Positions 9,685 through 19,386 of a DNA stretch of 64,000 nucleotides are shown here, piece after piece. Position 1 is the stretch's first letter; every line of letters begins with the position of its first letter. The position numbers and the translations under genes are program-made. The notes beneath the pieces were generated by a model. The model was not told the DNA's origin. It did not search any database and saw only the letters and a program-made list of their open reading frames with translations. Source of the DNA: Myxococcota bacterium (lineage in GTDB: Bacteria > Myxococcota_A > Polyangia > Nannocystales > Nannocystaceae). The stretch spans positions 96,001 to 160,000 of the forward strand of contig JBCCHT010000023.1 in assembly GCA_039028615.1 (NCBI GenBank). Reading direction: 5' to 3'.

Positions 9685-10280
9685 ACCTCGGCCACCCAGC
9701 GCTCGACGACCTCCCGCACGCTCTGCTCGACCTCCGACGGCACCACCAGCGCCTCCATGGCCTCGCGCAGCAGCGTGCGAGCGCGATGCAGGCGGCTCTT
9801 GATCGTCCCGGCAGGCACCCCGAAGACCTCGGCCAGCTCGGGCCCGGACAGCTCCTCCCAGTACGTCAGCTCCAACGCCAGCTGCAGCTCGAGGGGCAGC
9901 GTCTGCAGGGCTTCGACCATGATCCGCTGCTCGCGACGATGCCACGCCGCCGTCGACACGCCCGGGTCGAGATCGCGGATCGACGCCACCTCGGGGTCCG
10001 GCTCGAGCATGCGAGCCTCGCGGGCCCGGGCGCGGATCTTCTCGAACAACACGTTGCGCGCGATGGCGAACAAGAACGCGCGAAAGCTGCCGCCCTTGTA
10101 GCGGTCGCGGGCCTCGGCACACCGCAGGAAGGTGCGCTGCACGAGGTCGTCGACATCACGATCGGTCTTGGTACGAAACAACCGGACGATCGCATCGTAG
10201 TAGCGCTCGATCAGCCGGGCTCCCGCCTGGTCGTCGCCGTCTCGCCACGCCAGGGCGAGGGGTGCATCGTCGTCCGACAC
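9660..10280 (-). CDS. ECF sigma-70 factor
   Basis: WRDGDDQAG, DVDDLVQRTF, SFRAFLFAIARN, and region-4 HTH VPAGTIKSRLHRAR. GTG start at 10280. Confidence 0.9.
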   Translation of the reverse strand: MSDDDAPLALAWRDGDDQAGARLIERYYDAIVRLFRTKTDRDVDDLVQRTFLRCAEARDRYKGGSFRAFLFAIARNVLFEKIRARAREARMLEPDPEVASIRDLDPGVSTAAWHRREQRIMVEALQTLPLELQLALELTYWEELSGPELAEVFGVPAGTIKSRLHRARTLLREAMEALVVPSEVEQSVREVVERWVAEVQPVDAPS

Positions 10281-10405
10281 GCGGCGCAACGTAGCAGATT
10301 GAAGTGCCCGACACCCCCTCGGCTCCTCGACGCGGTCGCTCGACCGGCGCCGTGGGGCACGCAAAGCGCAGGCGTCGTCGCCGGCGCCTGCGATACCCTC
10401 TCGCC

Positions 10406-11446
10406 ATGCGTCGCTGGCTGCTCCCGTTCGTACTCCTGGGCTGCCTGACCACCCCCGAGTCGATCGCCCGGCCCACCCCTCCCACCGTGGTGGTGATGCG
10501 ACTCGATGCCGAAGAAGTCGCCGCGCTACAAAAAGCGGTGCCGGGGGTGCGGCTCGTGGCCGCCGAAGACGAGGCGGCCGCGTTGGCGCTCATCGGCGAC
10601 GCCGATGGGCTCATCGGCGTGCCCACGCCTGCGCTCGTGGAGGCCGGCACCCGCCTACGCTGGGTGCAGGTGTATAGCGCGGGCGTCGACCGCTACCGCT
10701 TCCCCGAGCTGTCCGACAGCGAGATCGTGCTGACCAACGCCAAGATCGTGCAGGGGCCCAACGTCGCCGACCAAGCGATGGCCTTGCTGCTGGTGCTGAC
10801 GCGCGGCCTCTACGTCACCGAGCGCGCGCGCGACCAGCATGACTGGCGAGGCGGTCGCACCACGCTGAAGAACGGGCCGCGGACGCCGATCGAGCTGCAC
10901 GGCAAGCGAGCGCTGGTGGTCGGGCTCGGAGGTATCGGCACCGCCATCGCCGAGCGAGCGGCCGGGTTCGGCATGGAGGTGGTCGGCATCAAGCGCAACG
11001 CCGACGATCCGCCCGTGCCCCCCGTGAGCGCCGTGTTCCCGCCCGGAGCCCTCGCCGAGCAGCTCGCCCTCGCCGATGTGGTGTTCCTGGCCGTGCCGCT
11101 GACCGAGCAGACCCGCGGCTTGCTCGACGCCGAGGCCCTCGCCGCCATGAAGCCCGAGGCCTTCCTCGTCAACATCGCCCGCGGGGCGGTCATCGATACC
11201 GACGCCCTGGTGGCGCACCTGCAGGCGGGGCACCTGGCGGGCGTGGGGCTCGACGTCACCGATCCCGAGCCCTTGCCTCGCGATCATCCGCTGTGGTCCA
11301 TCGATCGGGTCGTGCTCACCCCGCACATGGGCGGCACCTCCGACCAGGTCTGGGCCCGCAAGCTCGCGCTGCTGGGAGACAACCTCCAGCGTTTTGCCAC
11401 CGACGCCCCGCTACGCAACGTGGTCGACCACGAGCGAGGCTACTGA
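10406..11446 (+). CDS. D-isomer-specific 2-hydroxyacid dehydrogenase
   Basis: SAGVD, Rossmann GLGGIG, VNIARG, LDVTDPEP and TPHMGG. Confidence 0.92.
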   Translation: MRRWLLPFVLLGCLTTPESIARPTPPTVVVMRLDAEEVAALQKAVPGVRLVAAEDEAAALALIGDADGLIGVPTPALVEAGTRLRWVQVYSAGVDRYRFPELSDSEIVLTNAKIVQGPNVADQAMALLLVLTRGLYVTERARDQHDWRGGRTTLKNGPRTPIELHGKRALVVGLGGIGTAIAERAAGFGMEVVGIKRNADDPPVPPVSAVFPPGALAEQLALADVVFLAVPLTEQTRGLLDAEALAAMKPEAFLVNIARGAVIDTDALVAHLQAGHLAGVGLDVTDPEPLPRDHPLWSIDRVVLTPHMGGTSDQVWARKLALLGDNLQRFATDAPLRNVVDHERGY

Positions 11447-11464
11447 ACCGCATCGACGACGGCG

Positions 11465-12004
11465 TCAGCCCTTGGGCGTCAGCGTGATCCGGCAGGTCCG
11501 GTCACCTTCGTCGAGCTGTTCGTACCCGACGGTGTAGTCGTTCGCGCCCGAGAGCCGAGGGTGCGCCGCGATCCCCTGCAACAGGCCATGTTCGAACGCC
11601 CGAGGATAGGGCGTGCTGCACTCCACGACGAGGCGGCCGTCGTCTTCGCGCTGCACGTGATAGTGGCCGACGTCGCCCTCGTGGTTGAGGTAGTAGATCG
11701 TGTCGAGGGCCATCACGACCTTCTCCACCGAGTCGAGCTCGGGCGGGAAGTGAGCCGCTTCGATGATCGCCCGACCGGTGCCCTCGAGGAGCCGGCCCCC
11801 CGAGCGCTCTTGGAGCTGCCGCATCGCATCCAGCCACGCCTGCACGGGCACTCGCGCGTCGGGGGTGAGCTGATCGGGCTCGATGCCGTGTTGGCGAATC
11901 AGCCACTCCCCGGCGCTCTGCATCGTCTGGAAACCCGCGAGTGTGGCCTTGACGTTGGCCCCCCGCACGGTGGCCTGCGGATCCTTGCAAACAAACTCCA
12001 CCAT
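11465..12004 (-). CDS. Hypothetical protein, HNOX/V4R-like small-ligand-binding fold
   Basis: 180 codons with YYLNH, GHYHV, CSTPYP..FEHG and CRITL. Fold assignment is by resemblance only. Confidence 0.55.
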   Translation of the reverse strand: MVEFVCKDPQATVRGANVKATLAGFQTMQSAGEWLIRQHGIEPDQLTPDARVPVQAWLDAMRQLQERSGGRLLEGTGRAIIEAAHFPPELDSVEKVVMALDTIYYLNHEGDVGHYHVQREDDGRLVVECSTPYPRAFEHGLLQGIAAHPRLSGANDYTVGYEQLDEGDRTCRITLTPKG

Positions 12005-12176
12005 CAATTCCCCTTGTATCACTCGCACTACGAACAACCCGTGATCTGAAGTGACCCGTTTTGCGGCTCGAACGAGGCGATCACCGAGCGAACGTTGATC
12101 CTCTCCACTTTTTCGAGACAACGATGCGCCAACGCAGGTCTCCCCGCGTCATCGACGTAGAACACCGAGAAGCCTC

Positions 12177-12513
12177 GTGCCCGTCAGCAACTCCAGCCCA
12201 CCGCAGCCTCGTCCCGAAGGGTCCGCGTGTCCCCGACGAAGACACGATCGTCGCGTTGGTCTCGAGTCTGGCCTCGAACGAAGTTCAGGTTCGCTTCGAC
12301 CGGCACATCGAGACCTGCGAGAGTTGCTATGTGATGTGGTCGGCCCTCGGAGGCGCGACTTCGAGCGAGAACTCGAAGCGGCTGAGGCCCCCGGCCTCCT
12401 CGCCGACCCGGCTCGGCCGCGATCTGGTGCTCGACCCCCTAGGCTCGGGGGCCAACGGGCGAGTGCGGGCCCCGTACGATCCGCACGCAACGACTCGAAC
12501 GGGGGAAGAATGA
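12177..12513 (+). pseudogene. Frameshifted, truncated zinc-finger (ZAS)-kinase N-terminus
   Basis: ...GSACP in one frame joins DEDTIVAL..HIETCESC..LGRDLVLDPLGSGANGRVRAPYDP in another across the C run at 12231-12234. Stops after kinase subdomain I. Confidence 0.6.
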
Positions 12514-13445
12514 ACGGTCGAACACGTTATCGTCGAGCCATGAGCGTGGAGGCGTTGCTCCTCAGTCACCCGCTGCTGGAAGCCCGGGTGGTCGACGCCG
12601 AGCTCAGGACCCGAGCGGTCGTGGCCCTCGAGGCCCTGCTCACCCAGGCGCGCGAACGTTGGCCGGGCGTCGAGCAGTCCGACGAGGCCTGCATCGCTCA
12701 CCTCGCCCCGCGGCTGTCGCCCGCCGGACCCTTGCACGAGGCCATCGAGGCGATTCGTGGAGACGACTTGGTCTTGGCGCTGGCCTGCGCACGAGGAGAC
12801 CGCCGCGCCATCGCCCATTTCGAACAGCTCGTCCGCAAGGACCTGGCCGCCATATTTCGTAGCCCGACCTCCCGCGGGGTCGACCCCGACGACCTGCGCC
12901 AGATCCTCAACCAGCGGTTCTTCGCCTCGCCCGGGGACCGCCCGCCTCGCATCCTCGAGTACTCCGGCCAAGGTCCTCTGCGCACCTGGGTGCGGGTCTC
13001 GGCCACGCGCGAGCGCATCAGCGCCGACCGCCGCAAGGGTGACAAGGCGGCGAGCCTGCCCGAGCGCGACGAACACATCATGAACGCGGCCGGAGGAGAC
13101 GACCCCGAGTTCGGGTTTCTCCAGGCGCACTACCGGGTCCACTTCAAAAGAGCCTTCGGCCGAGCGATGGGGGGTCTCACCGCGCGGCAACGCAACCTCC
13201 TGCGACTCACCACCTACGATGGACTAAGCGCCACCGACCTGAGCAAGCTCTACAACGTCGACCGCTCCACCTCCAAGCGGTGGCTCGTCAGCGCCCGCGC
13301 TCAGCTGCTCGCCGACACTCGCACCTCCCTGGCCGAGGACCTGGACGTGAGCATCGAAGAACTCGAGAGCATCCTACGACTCATCGAGAGTAACCTCGAA
13401 GTCAGCATGCAGCGACTCCTCGGCGAGGACAGCGACGACGAATAG
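12510..13445 (+). CDS. Myxobacterial sigma-70/ECF-like factor (TIGR03001-like)
   Basis: RERWPGV, DLVLALACARGDRRAIAHFE, YSGQGPLRTWVRV, and HTH YNVDRSTSKRWL. Start is either 12510 or 12540. Confidence 0.85.
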   Translation: MNGRTRYRRAMSVEALLLSHPLLEARVVDAELRTRAVVALEALLTQARERWPGVEQSDEACIAHLAPRLSPAGPLHEAIEAIRGDDLVLALACARGDRRAIAHFEQLVRKDLAAIFRSPTSRGVDPDDLRQILNQRFFASPGDRPPRILEYSGQGPLRTWVRVSATRERISADRRKGDKAASLPERDEHIMNAAGGDDPEFGFLQAHYRVHFKRAFGRAMGGLTARQRNLLRLTTYDGLSATDLSKLYNVDRSTSKRWLVSARAQLLADTRTSLAEDLDVSIEELESILRLIESNLEVSMQRLLGEDSDDE

Positions 13446-13529
13446 GCGAGTTCGGCCGAGGCCCTCCAGTGCTCGCGCGACCGGTTCAGCCCCGAGCCCG
13501 CGCCGATTCGGGATATCATCGCCAGGCTG

Positions 13530-13988
13530 ATGAGCGGTCGCGGGATACTGGGTGGTGTGGTGATGCTCGTGGCGGCGTGCGCCAAGCCGCTGGCGCCCGC
13601 ACCGACGACTCCCCAAGTCGAGCCCGCCCCCGCCCCCGCCGAGCCGGACGACGCTCGGTCGTATCAAATGCCGCGAGACCCCAAGGGCGGATACGTCAGC
13701 GACGATCCCCCACCGCCACGCGACCCCGTGCCGGATCGTCCGCCACCTCCCCCGCACGATCCCCCACCGCCGCCGCAGGACCCCGAACAGCCCAAGTGCA
13801 CCCGCGCGCAGTTCGTGGTCGAGCGTTGCATCACGGGTGGCGCCCCTCGTCGAGGCCCCGACGGCCGCCTGGAGGGGCGCACGAGCTGCTCCACCCGCTG
13901 CGAAGCCAAGCCCCCGGCACCCCATCCGTCTCGACAGTGCCGAAAGATCGACGCACGCCACTATCAGTGCAAGTCGTTCGCCCCCTAG
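13530..13988 (+). CDS. Pro-rich lipoprotein with small Cys-rich C-terminal domain
   Basis: Lipobox VAAC, poly-Pro linker, six C-terminal Cys. Confidence 0.65.
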   Translation: MSGRGILGGVVMLVAACAKPLAPAPTTPQVEPAPAPAEPDDARSYQMPRDPKGGYVSDDPPPPRDPVPDRPPPPPHDPPPPPQDPEQPKCTRAQFVVERCITGGAPRRGPDGRLEGRTSCSTRCEAKPPAPHPSRQCRKIDARHYQCKSFAP

Positions 13989-14127
13989 ACCGCCCGCGTA
14001 CGACGTACGACGGCGTTGTCTCGGTTCTTTTCAAAAAAGTCGATCGCAGCGCAATCGATTCGCCGAGTCGTTGCACTTCATCGCGCCGAGCCACCGAAAG
14101 CCGCTCGGCACGAGGAAAGCCAACGTC

Positions 14128-14922
14128 ATGCATCGCCATCTCGTCATCACCGCCTTGGTCGGGCTGCTGCTGCCCTGGTCTTCGCCTGCGCAGGCGGAGT
14201 GTGGGACCTACTCCATCACCACTTGCTCCGAGGGGAACTTCGTTCCTTCGGGTGGATCGGGATGGGCCTGCAATCCCACCGTTACCGTGCAATCGGGCAC
14301 CTGCTACGCCGACGGCACAGTCGTCGAAAACCCCACCACCACCGTCGTGGGCAACGACCCCGCACATCCCTCCAGCCTGACCTGCAACTACTGGAGCTCA
14401 CCGCAGGTCACCAACTACTGCGGCGTTCACTATCCCCAGCCGCTCGAGGAAATCACGGGGTGCTGTGCCTGCACCCCCACCACCTGCGAGGCGGCAGGAA
14501 TCGAGTGCGGCACCATCGACGATGGCTGCGGCGGCACGCTCGACTGTGGCACCTGCGACGGCACGGGCATCTGCGGTGCGCTGCAGCAAAACATGTGCTG
14601 CGAGCCCTTCGGCTGTCACGACTACGGCCTCGAGTGCGGCACCGCGGACGACGGCTGCGGCGGCACGCTCAACTGCGGCGAGTGCACGGACCCGCTCGAG
14701 CCCTGCTACGAGTACGTCGGCACCCCCTGCGTCATCCTCGGGGGCATCCTCTGCGACGAAGAGTTCATGGAGGTCGACACGCTCGGCAGCTATGTGCACG
14801 CGCCCGGTGAGGACTACGCGACCTGCGAGCCCAACGACAAGGAGTGGTACGTCCAGTACTGCGAGGAGCAGCCGCTCGAGGTGCAATGGATCAGCGCCCC
14901 CGAAGAAGACTGCCTGCCCTAG
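14128..14922 (+). CDS. Secreted Cys-rich repeat protein
   Basis: Signal peptide ending AQA and two ECGTxDDGCGGTLxCGxC repeats. Confidence 0.75.
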   Translation: MHRHLVITALVGLLLPWSSPAQAECGTYSITTCSEGNFVPSGGSGWACNPTVTVQSGTCYADGTVVENPTTTVVGNDPAHPSSLTCNYWSSPQVTNYCGVHYPQPLEEITGCCACTPTTCEAAGIECGTIDDGCGGTLDCGTCDGTGICGALQQNMCCEPFGCHDYGLECGTADDGCGGTLNCGECTDPLEPCYEYVGTPCVILGGILCDEEFMEVDTLGSYVHAPGEDYATCEPNDKEWYVQYCEEQPLEVQWISAPEEDCLP

Positions 14923-15029
14923 TCGCCGGCGGATGGCGATTTGCTCGGGCTTCCCGTGCCACGGCCGTTGCCGCAGTGCGCTAGCATGACTGCGCGGCGA
15001 CTGAATCCGAGCACGGGAGGCCACGCGCG

Positions 15030-18000
15030 ATGTCGGACGGAGAACCCCAACCCTTTCACGAGACGAAAGAATGGACGGCGCTTCGTACCCTCATCCGCCG
15101 CGGCCAGAACAATCCCGCCGATCGACCGATCCTCTGGGTCGGGGCGGGGCTGTCCATCGCCGCCGGGTACAAGTCCACCCAACAGCTCGTGAACACGCTC
15201 GCCGAGGCGAGCTTGGTTCCGCTCCCTCGCTACGACCCCCATGCCGCGCCGAACGACGTGAGGGTCATCCGAAACTACGACGGTTGGGTCGACCTGTTTT
15301 GCCGAGAAAACTCCCCCGGAGAACTCGTCGGCCCCCTCAGCCGCGCGTTCGGGGCCGACCACCCGCCCACGCCCATGCATCGGCGCTTGATGTCGATCCC
15401 GTGGCACTCGGTGATCACCACCAACTACGACCTCACGCTCGAGAAAGCGCTCTCCGAGCTCGGGCTTCCCCACGTCCCCGTGACGCTCGAGCAGAACATC
15501 GAGCTGGTCGATGACGAGCGGCTCCGCGTGGTGCACATCCACGGCAGCGTCAACGACATGGCCAACGCCGTGTTCTCCAGCCGCTCCTACGACGAGTTCG
15601 CGACGAAGCACGCCATCCCCGATTCCCGGCTGAGCATCGAGCTTCTGCAGCGCCCCGTGGTGTTCATGGGCTGCTCGATGACCGATCGCCGCATCTTGGA
15701 GCTGATGCGCTCCTATCGAACCCACGGCATGATCGACCGCCGTCGCTTCACCGCGTGCATCATGACCGAAGGCGACTGGGGCTACCTGTCCGACGATCAG
15801 CGGGCGTTCCTCACCGACTGCCACATTCGACCGATCCTCTTGCAATCGCACAACGAGTTGCCGGGGGCGGTGGCTCGGCTCGCGCCCGAGCTGGCAGCCG
15901 TACCCGCGTACGAGCTCCATCCCATCAAGGAGGAGCTGCGAGCCCTCGAGGACATCGTGTTCGGCCAGCTCGGCCCGCTCGTGCTGCGCCTGGTGGGGGA
16001 GCTGTGGGCATCTCCGCTGTTGCGCTCGCGGGAGTCGTCGGTCTCGGAGACGCTCGCCGAGCTGGGCGGGCGGCGCCTGACTCGGGCCTTTGGTGCGCTG
16101 TTCTTCCCCGTCGAGCGCCCGCTGTTCGAGATCCTCCAGCAACGACTCGAGCTGCATGCCTCGAGCGACGGCGGCACGGATCCGCTCTCTCGGAAGGACC
16201 TGCTCGCCGCGGCCATCGCCACCGCGGAGCGTCTATCCGAGCGGCTCCAGAACCTGCGTCTGACCCGAGCCTTCGCCGAACGCCACGGCTGGAATGCGAA
16301 GGCGGCGAGCACCGACCTCGCGGCTTCAGCCGACGGCGAAGCACGGGAAGACGAAGTGTCGCAGCTTTCGCTCGTGCTGGGCCTGATCTTCCTGTGCACG
16401 TCCACCCTCCCTCCCCTGTCCCGAGACAACGCCGAGACGCTGATCCATCAGCCCGAGGACACGCTCGCTTCGCTCGAGCAGCGCCTGTCCAACATCGCCA
16501 AGCTGACCGAGGTGGGCGGCTCCCGAGGGTACAAGAACACACAGACCACCTATCTCGAAGCGTTCGAGAACAAGCACGGCGGCGTGGGGCTCATCAACTC
16601 GCGGCTCGACGATCCCCTGCGGACGCTGCCGGTCTCGCAGGTCTTCGTTCCCCCGCGGTGCCAGGTCTGGGCCACCTCTTCCACTCACCTGGAGCCCAAG
16701 GAGATCGAGGCCGGTAACCTCCTCGAGCATTGTCGCAACCGTGAGCTGGTCGTCGTGTTCGCCGACGCGGGCTTCGGCAAGACGACGCTGCTGCAATGGC
16801 TGTCGATTCGAGCCATGGGCTTCACCGACGCCGACCGCGAGCGCAGCGACCAGCGGAAGCTCGTCCCCTTCCTCGTGCAGCTGCGCTTCTTCGCCGAGAC
16901 GGACTTCCCCCGCCTCGCCGACCTGGGCACGACCCTCGGCCTCGAACCGACGAAGGAACTCCGAGCGTGGACCGCCGCCGTGTTCGAGGAGGGCTCTGGG
17001 TTGATCCTGCTGGACGGCCTCGATGAGCTCCCCAAGGAGCGCCGCAAGGCCTTCGCGACATGGCTGCGCGAGCTGAGGGGCGAGGTCGAGGCCCTCGCAC
17101 CGAAGCGAAGCTCGCGCTCGGAGGATGGCGGAGCCGGTCGACCGCCGATCGTCCTGACCCTGCGGCCGTCGGCCGAGGCCAGCATGCAGGGCACCCTGCG
17201 GCAGTTCCCCCATGTGGAGCTTCAGCGGCTCGAACGTGGGCAGATCTTCACGCTCATCAAGCGATGGCATGCCGCGATCTCGTTGCTGGTGGAGAGCGCG
17301 GCCAAGTCGAACGTCCGCGCCGCCCACCAGCGCCTGGTCGCCCAGCTCAAGAGCGACTCGGCCCTGGCCAAGCTGGCCGCGAACCCGCTGATGTGTGCCC
17401 TTTTGTGCTCGATGAATTACCTCGAGCGCGGGCGGCTTCCGACTCGTGACTACGAGCTGTGCAAGGAGGGCATTCGCATCCTGCTGCACGATCGCGACGT
17501 CAAAAAGGAGGTCCCGTTCTCCGGGGACGCCTCACCGCTGCGGCCGATCCTCGCCGAACGAACGCTCGGCAGCGCCGCGATGTGGATGCAGTGCGAGAAC
17601 CGTATCTCGATTCACCGCAGCGAGATGCTCGAGGTCATCAAGGAACGCACCGCCCTGTGGGACCACGAGAACCGGCGCTCTCCCGAAGAAGTCCTCCAAC
17701 ACCTGCTCGAGCGTTCGGGCATCGTCCGCGAGCCCGGGGACGGCGAGATCATCTTCACGCATCGGCTGTTTCAGGAGTACCTCGCCGCGAGCCGGCTCAT
17801 GGGCGACCGCATCGAGCAGCGCGGGGTCAAGGTGCTGATCGACAATTCCGCCAACGACTTCTGGGCCAAGACGATCACGATGGCCGCCGCCATCGCGGGC
17901 GCCAACCGAGGCAACAAGCTGGTCCTCGGCTTGCTCAACAAGCATGGCCGGCTGGCCAAAGGCACAGAGAGAGCACGGCTCGGCCTGTTGCTCATCGAGT

Positions 18001-18734
18001 GTGCCTCCCGACTCCCCGAGAAGCTCCCCGCCGTCCAGGACGGTCTGCGGCAGATCGTGAAGACCTACTTGCCTCCCGCCGACAGAGAGACGGCCAAAGC
18101 CATCGTGCAGTGTGGCGATCTCGCCGTTCCGCTGCTGGCAAAGAAAGCCTCGCACTCCGAATCGCAGAAGCTCGGATGCGCCTCGTGTCTGCTGGACATC
18201 GGTACCCGGAGCGCACACGAAGAGCTGCTGCCCTACCTCAGGGCCACCGACCAGGAGCCACACAGCGGTCACTACTGCACGGAGCTGAGCTTCCTTATTG
18301 GGCACCAGGGCCATCAAGGCTGCAAACGCCTGCTCAACGACCTTCCGCTCGCGGACCTTCTCACCTTGCCCGAGGTGATCCGCATCGCGCTCGCACGGGC
18401 TTCGATGGACTTTCGCGTCGCACGGGGACTCGCCTGGGCGCACGAGTACACCACCCTCGAGCTTCGCGATGCCGACATCGACGAGATCCTCGGACTCGAC
18501 GCACTGGAGAACCTCGAGCGCCTCGACATCAACGGCAGCTCGATCCGAAGCCTCGAAGGCATCGCCGAACTGAAGCGGCTGACCTACATCGACTGCTCCG
18601 ATACCGAGCTTTCGAGCGACACGATCGACGAACTCGCCCGCCTGCCCCGCACCGTCGGGATCCTGGCCATCGACACGCCAGGCGCATCCGCAATCCCCCA
18701 CGCGGTCACCGACAACCCGGTCGAGACGGGATGA
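15030..18734 (+). CDS. SIR2-like + NACHT NTPase + LRR protein (NLR-like)
   Basis: SIR2_2 motifs WVGAGLS, ITTNYD, HIHGS and VFMGCS. Walker A ADAGFGKTT, Walker B LILLDGLDE, NPLM, and FTHRLFQEYLAA. C-terminal LRRs (LENLERLDINGSSIRSL, LKRLTYIDCSDT). Confidence 0.85.
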   Translation: MSDGEPQPFHETKEWTALRTLIRRGQNNPADRPILWVGAGLSIAAGYKSTQQLVNTLAEASLVPLPRYDPHAAPNDVRVIRNYDGWVDLFCRENSPGELVGPLSRAFGADHPPTPMHRRLMSIPWHSVITTNYDLTLEKALSELGLPHVPVTLEQNIELVDDERLRVVHIHGSVNDMANAVFSSRSYDEFATKHAIPDSRLSIELLQRPVVFMGCSMTDRRILELMRSYRTHGMIDRRRFTACIMTEGDWGYLSDDQRAFLTDCHIRPILLQSHNELPGAVARLAPELAAVPAYELHPIKEELRALEDIVFGQLGPLVLRLVGELWASPLLRSRESSVSETLAELGGRRLTRAFGALFFPVERPLFEILQQRLELHASSDGGTDPLSRKDLLAAAIATAERLSERLQNLRLTRAFAERHGWNAKAASTDLAASADGEAREDEVSQLSLVLGLIFLCTSTLPPLSRDNAETLIHQPEDTLASLEQRLSNIAKLTEVGGSRGYKNTQTTYLEAFENKHGGVGLINSRLDDPLRTLPVSQVFVPPRCQVWATSSTHLEPKEIEAGNLLEHCRNRELVVVFADAGFGKTTLLQWLSIRAMGFTDADRERSDQRKLVPFLVQLRFFAETDFPRLADLGTTLGLEPTKELRAWTAAVFEEGSGLILLDGLDELPKERRKAFATWLRELRGEVEALAPKRSSRSEDGGAGRPPIVLTLRPSAEASMQGTLRQFPHVELQRLERGQIFTLIKRWHAAISLLVESAAKSNVRAAHQRLVAQLKSDSALAKLAANPLMCALLCSMNYLERGRLPTRDYELCKEGIRILLHDRDVKKEVPFSGDASPLRPILAERTLGSAAMWMQCENRISIHRSEMLEVIKERTALWDHENRRSPEEVLQHLLERSGIVREPGDGEIIFTHRLFQEYLAASRLMGDRIEQRGVKVLIDNSANDFWAKTITMAAAIAGANRGNKLVLGLLNKHGRLAKGTERARLGLLLIECASRLPEKLPAVQDGLRQIVKTYLPPADRETAKAIVQCGDLAVPLLAKKASHSESQKLGCASCLLDIGTRSAHEELLPYLRATDQEPHSGHYCTELSFLIGHQGHQGCKRLLNDLPLADLLTLPEVIRIALARASMDFRVARGLAWAHEYTTLELRDADIDEILGLDALENLERLDINGSSIRSLEGIAELKRLTYIDCSDTELSSDTIDELARLPRTVGILAIDTPGASAIPHAVTDNPVETG

Positions 18735-18741
18735 GGCTCGC

Positions 18742-19368
18742 GTGACGTCATCGATGGAGGGAAACGACGAGGAGCTGCTGGTGCGATGGCGCGAGGGCGA
18801 TCAGCTCGCGGGAAGTGAGCTGCTCTCCCGCTATTTCTCGCCGCTGTACGACTTCTTCGCGACCAAGATCGACACGGGCATCGACGACCTCATCCAGCGC
18901 ACCATGCTGGCCTGCGTGCAGGCCCGCGACCGAATCCGCGACGCGCCCAATTTCCGGGCCTTCGTCTACGGCGTGGCGCGCCATGAGCTCTACGGGTGGT
19001 TTCGCGATCGCGCCCGCGGGGCACGGGTGCTCGACTTCGAGGCCATCTCCATCGCCGACCTCGGCTCCACGCCCAGCCGACGACTGGCGGGCAAGCAAGA
19101 GCAACGGCTCATGCTCGAGGCGCTGCGGCGGATCCCGCTCGATCATCAAATCTGCCTGGAGCTGTTCTACTGGGAAGGCATGAGCGGCCCGGGCCTGGCG
19201 GCGGTGCTCGACGTGCCCGAAGGCACCGCCCGTACTCGCCTGCGGCGCGCTCGTCAGCTGCTACTACTCCAGCTCGAAGCGCTCGCCGAGACGCCCGAGG
19301 TCCTGCAGAGCACCCGGGACGGCTTGGAGCGCTGGGCCTCGGAACTCCGCGCCCGCGTTCGATCGTAG
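18742..19368 (+). CDS. ECF sigma-70 factor
   Basis: WREGDQLAG, IDDLIQRT, FRAFVYGVAR and VPEGTARTRLRRAR. Start is 18742 (GTG) or 18754 (ATG). Confidence 0.9.
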   Translation: MTSSMEGNDEELLVRWREGDQLAGSELLSRYFSPLYDFFATKIDTGIDDLIQRTMLACVQARDRIRDAPNFRAFVYGVARHELYGWFRDRARGARVLDFEAISIADLGSTPSRRLAGKQEQRLMLEALRRIPLDHQICLELFYWEGMSGPGLAAVLDVPEGTARTRLRRARQLLLLQLEALAETPEVLQSTRDGLERWASELRARVRS

Positions 19369-19386
19369 GGGGCGCTGCTCCCGAGT

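Noticed and set aside
12177..12509. N-terminal extension of the 422-aa sigma ORF
   Set aside because: Arg-rich out-of-frame read of the broken zinc-finger kinase stub; sigma homology starts near 12540.
14480..14690. Tandem DNA repeats as a CRISPR-like array
   Set aside because: These are two in-frame Cys-rich coding repeats; no regularly spaced repeat-spacer array or cas genes were seen anywhere in the window.
18735..18754. Functional coupling of the SIR2-NACHT gene with the downstream ECF
   Set aside because: Only the short gap supports it; the ECF is better explained as the partner of the convergent kinase. Not excluded.
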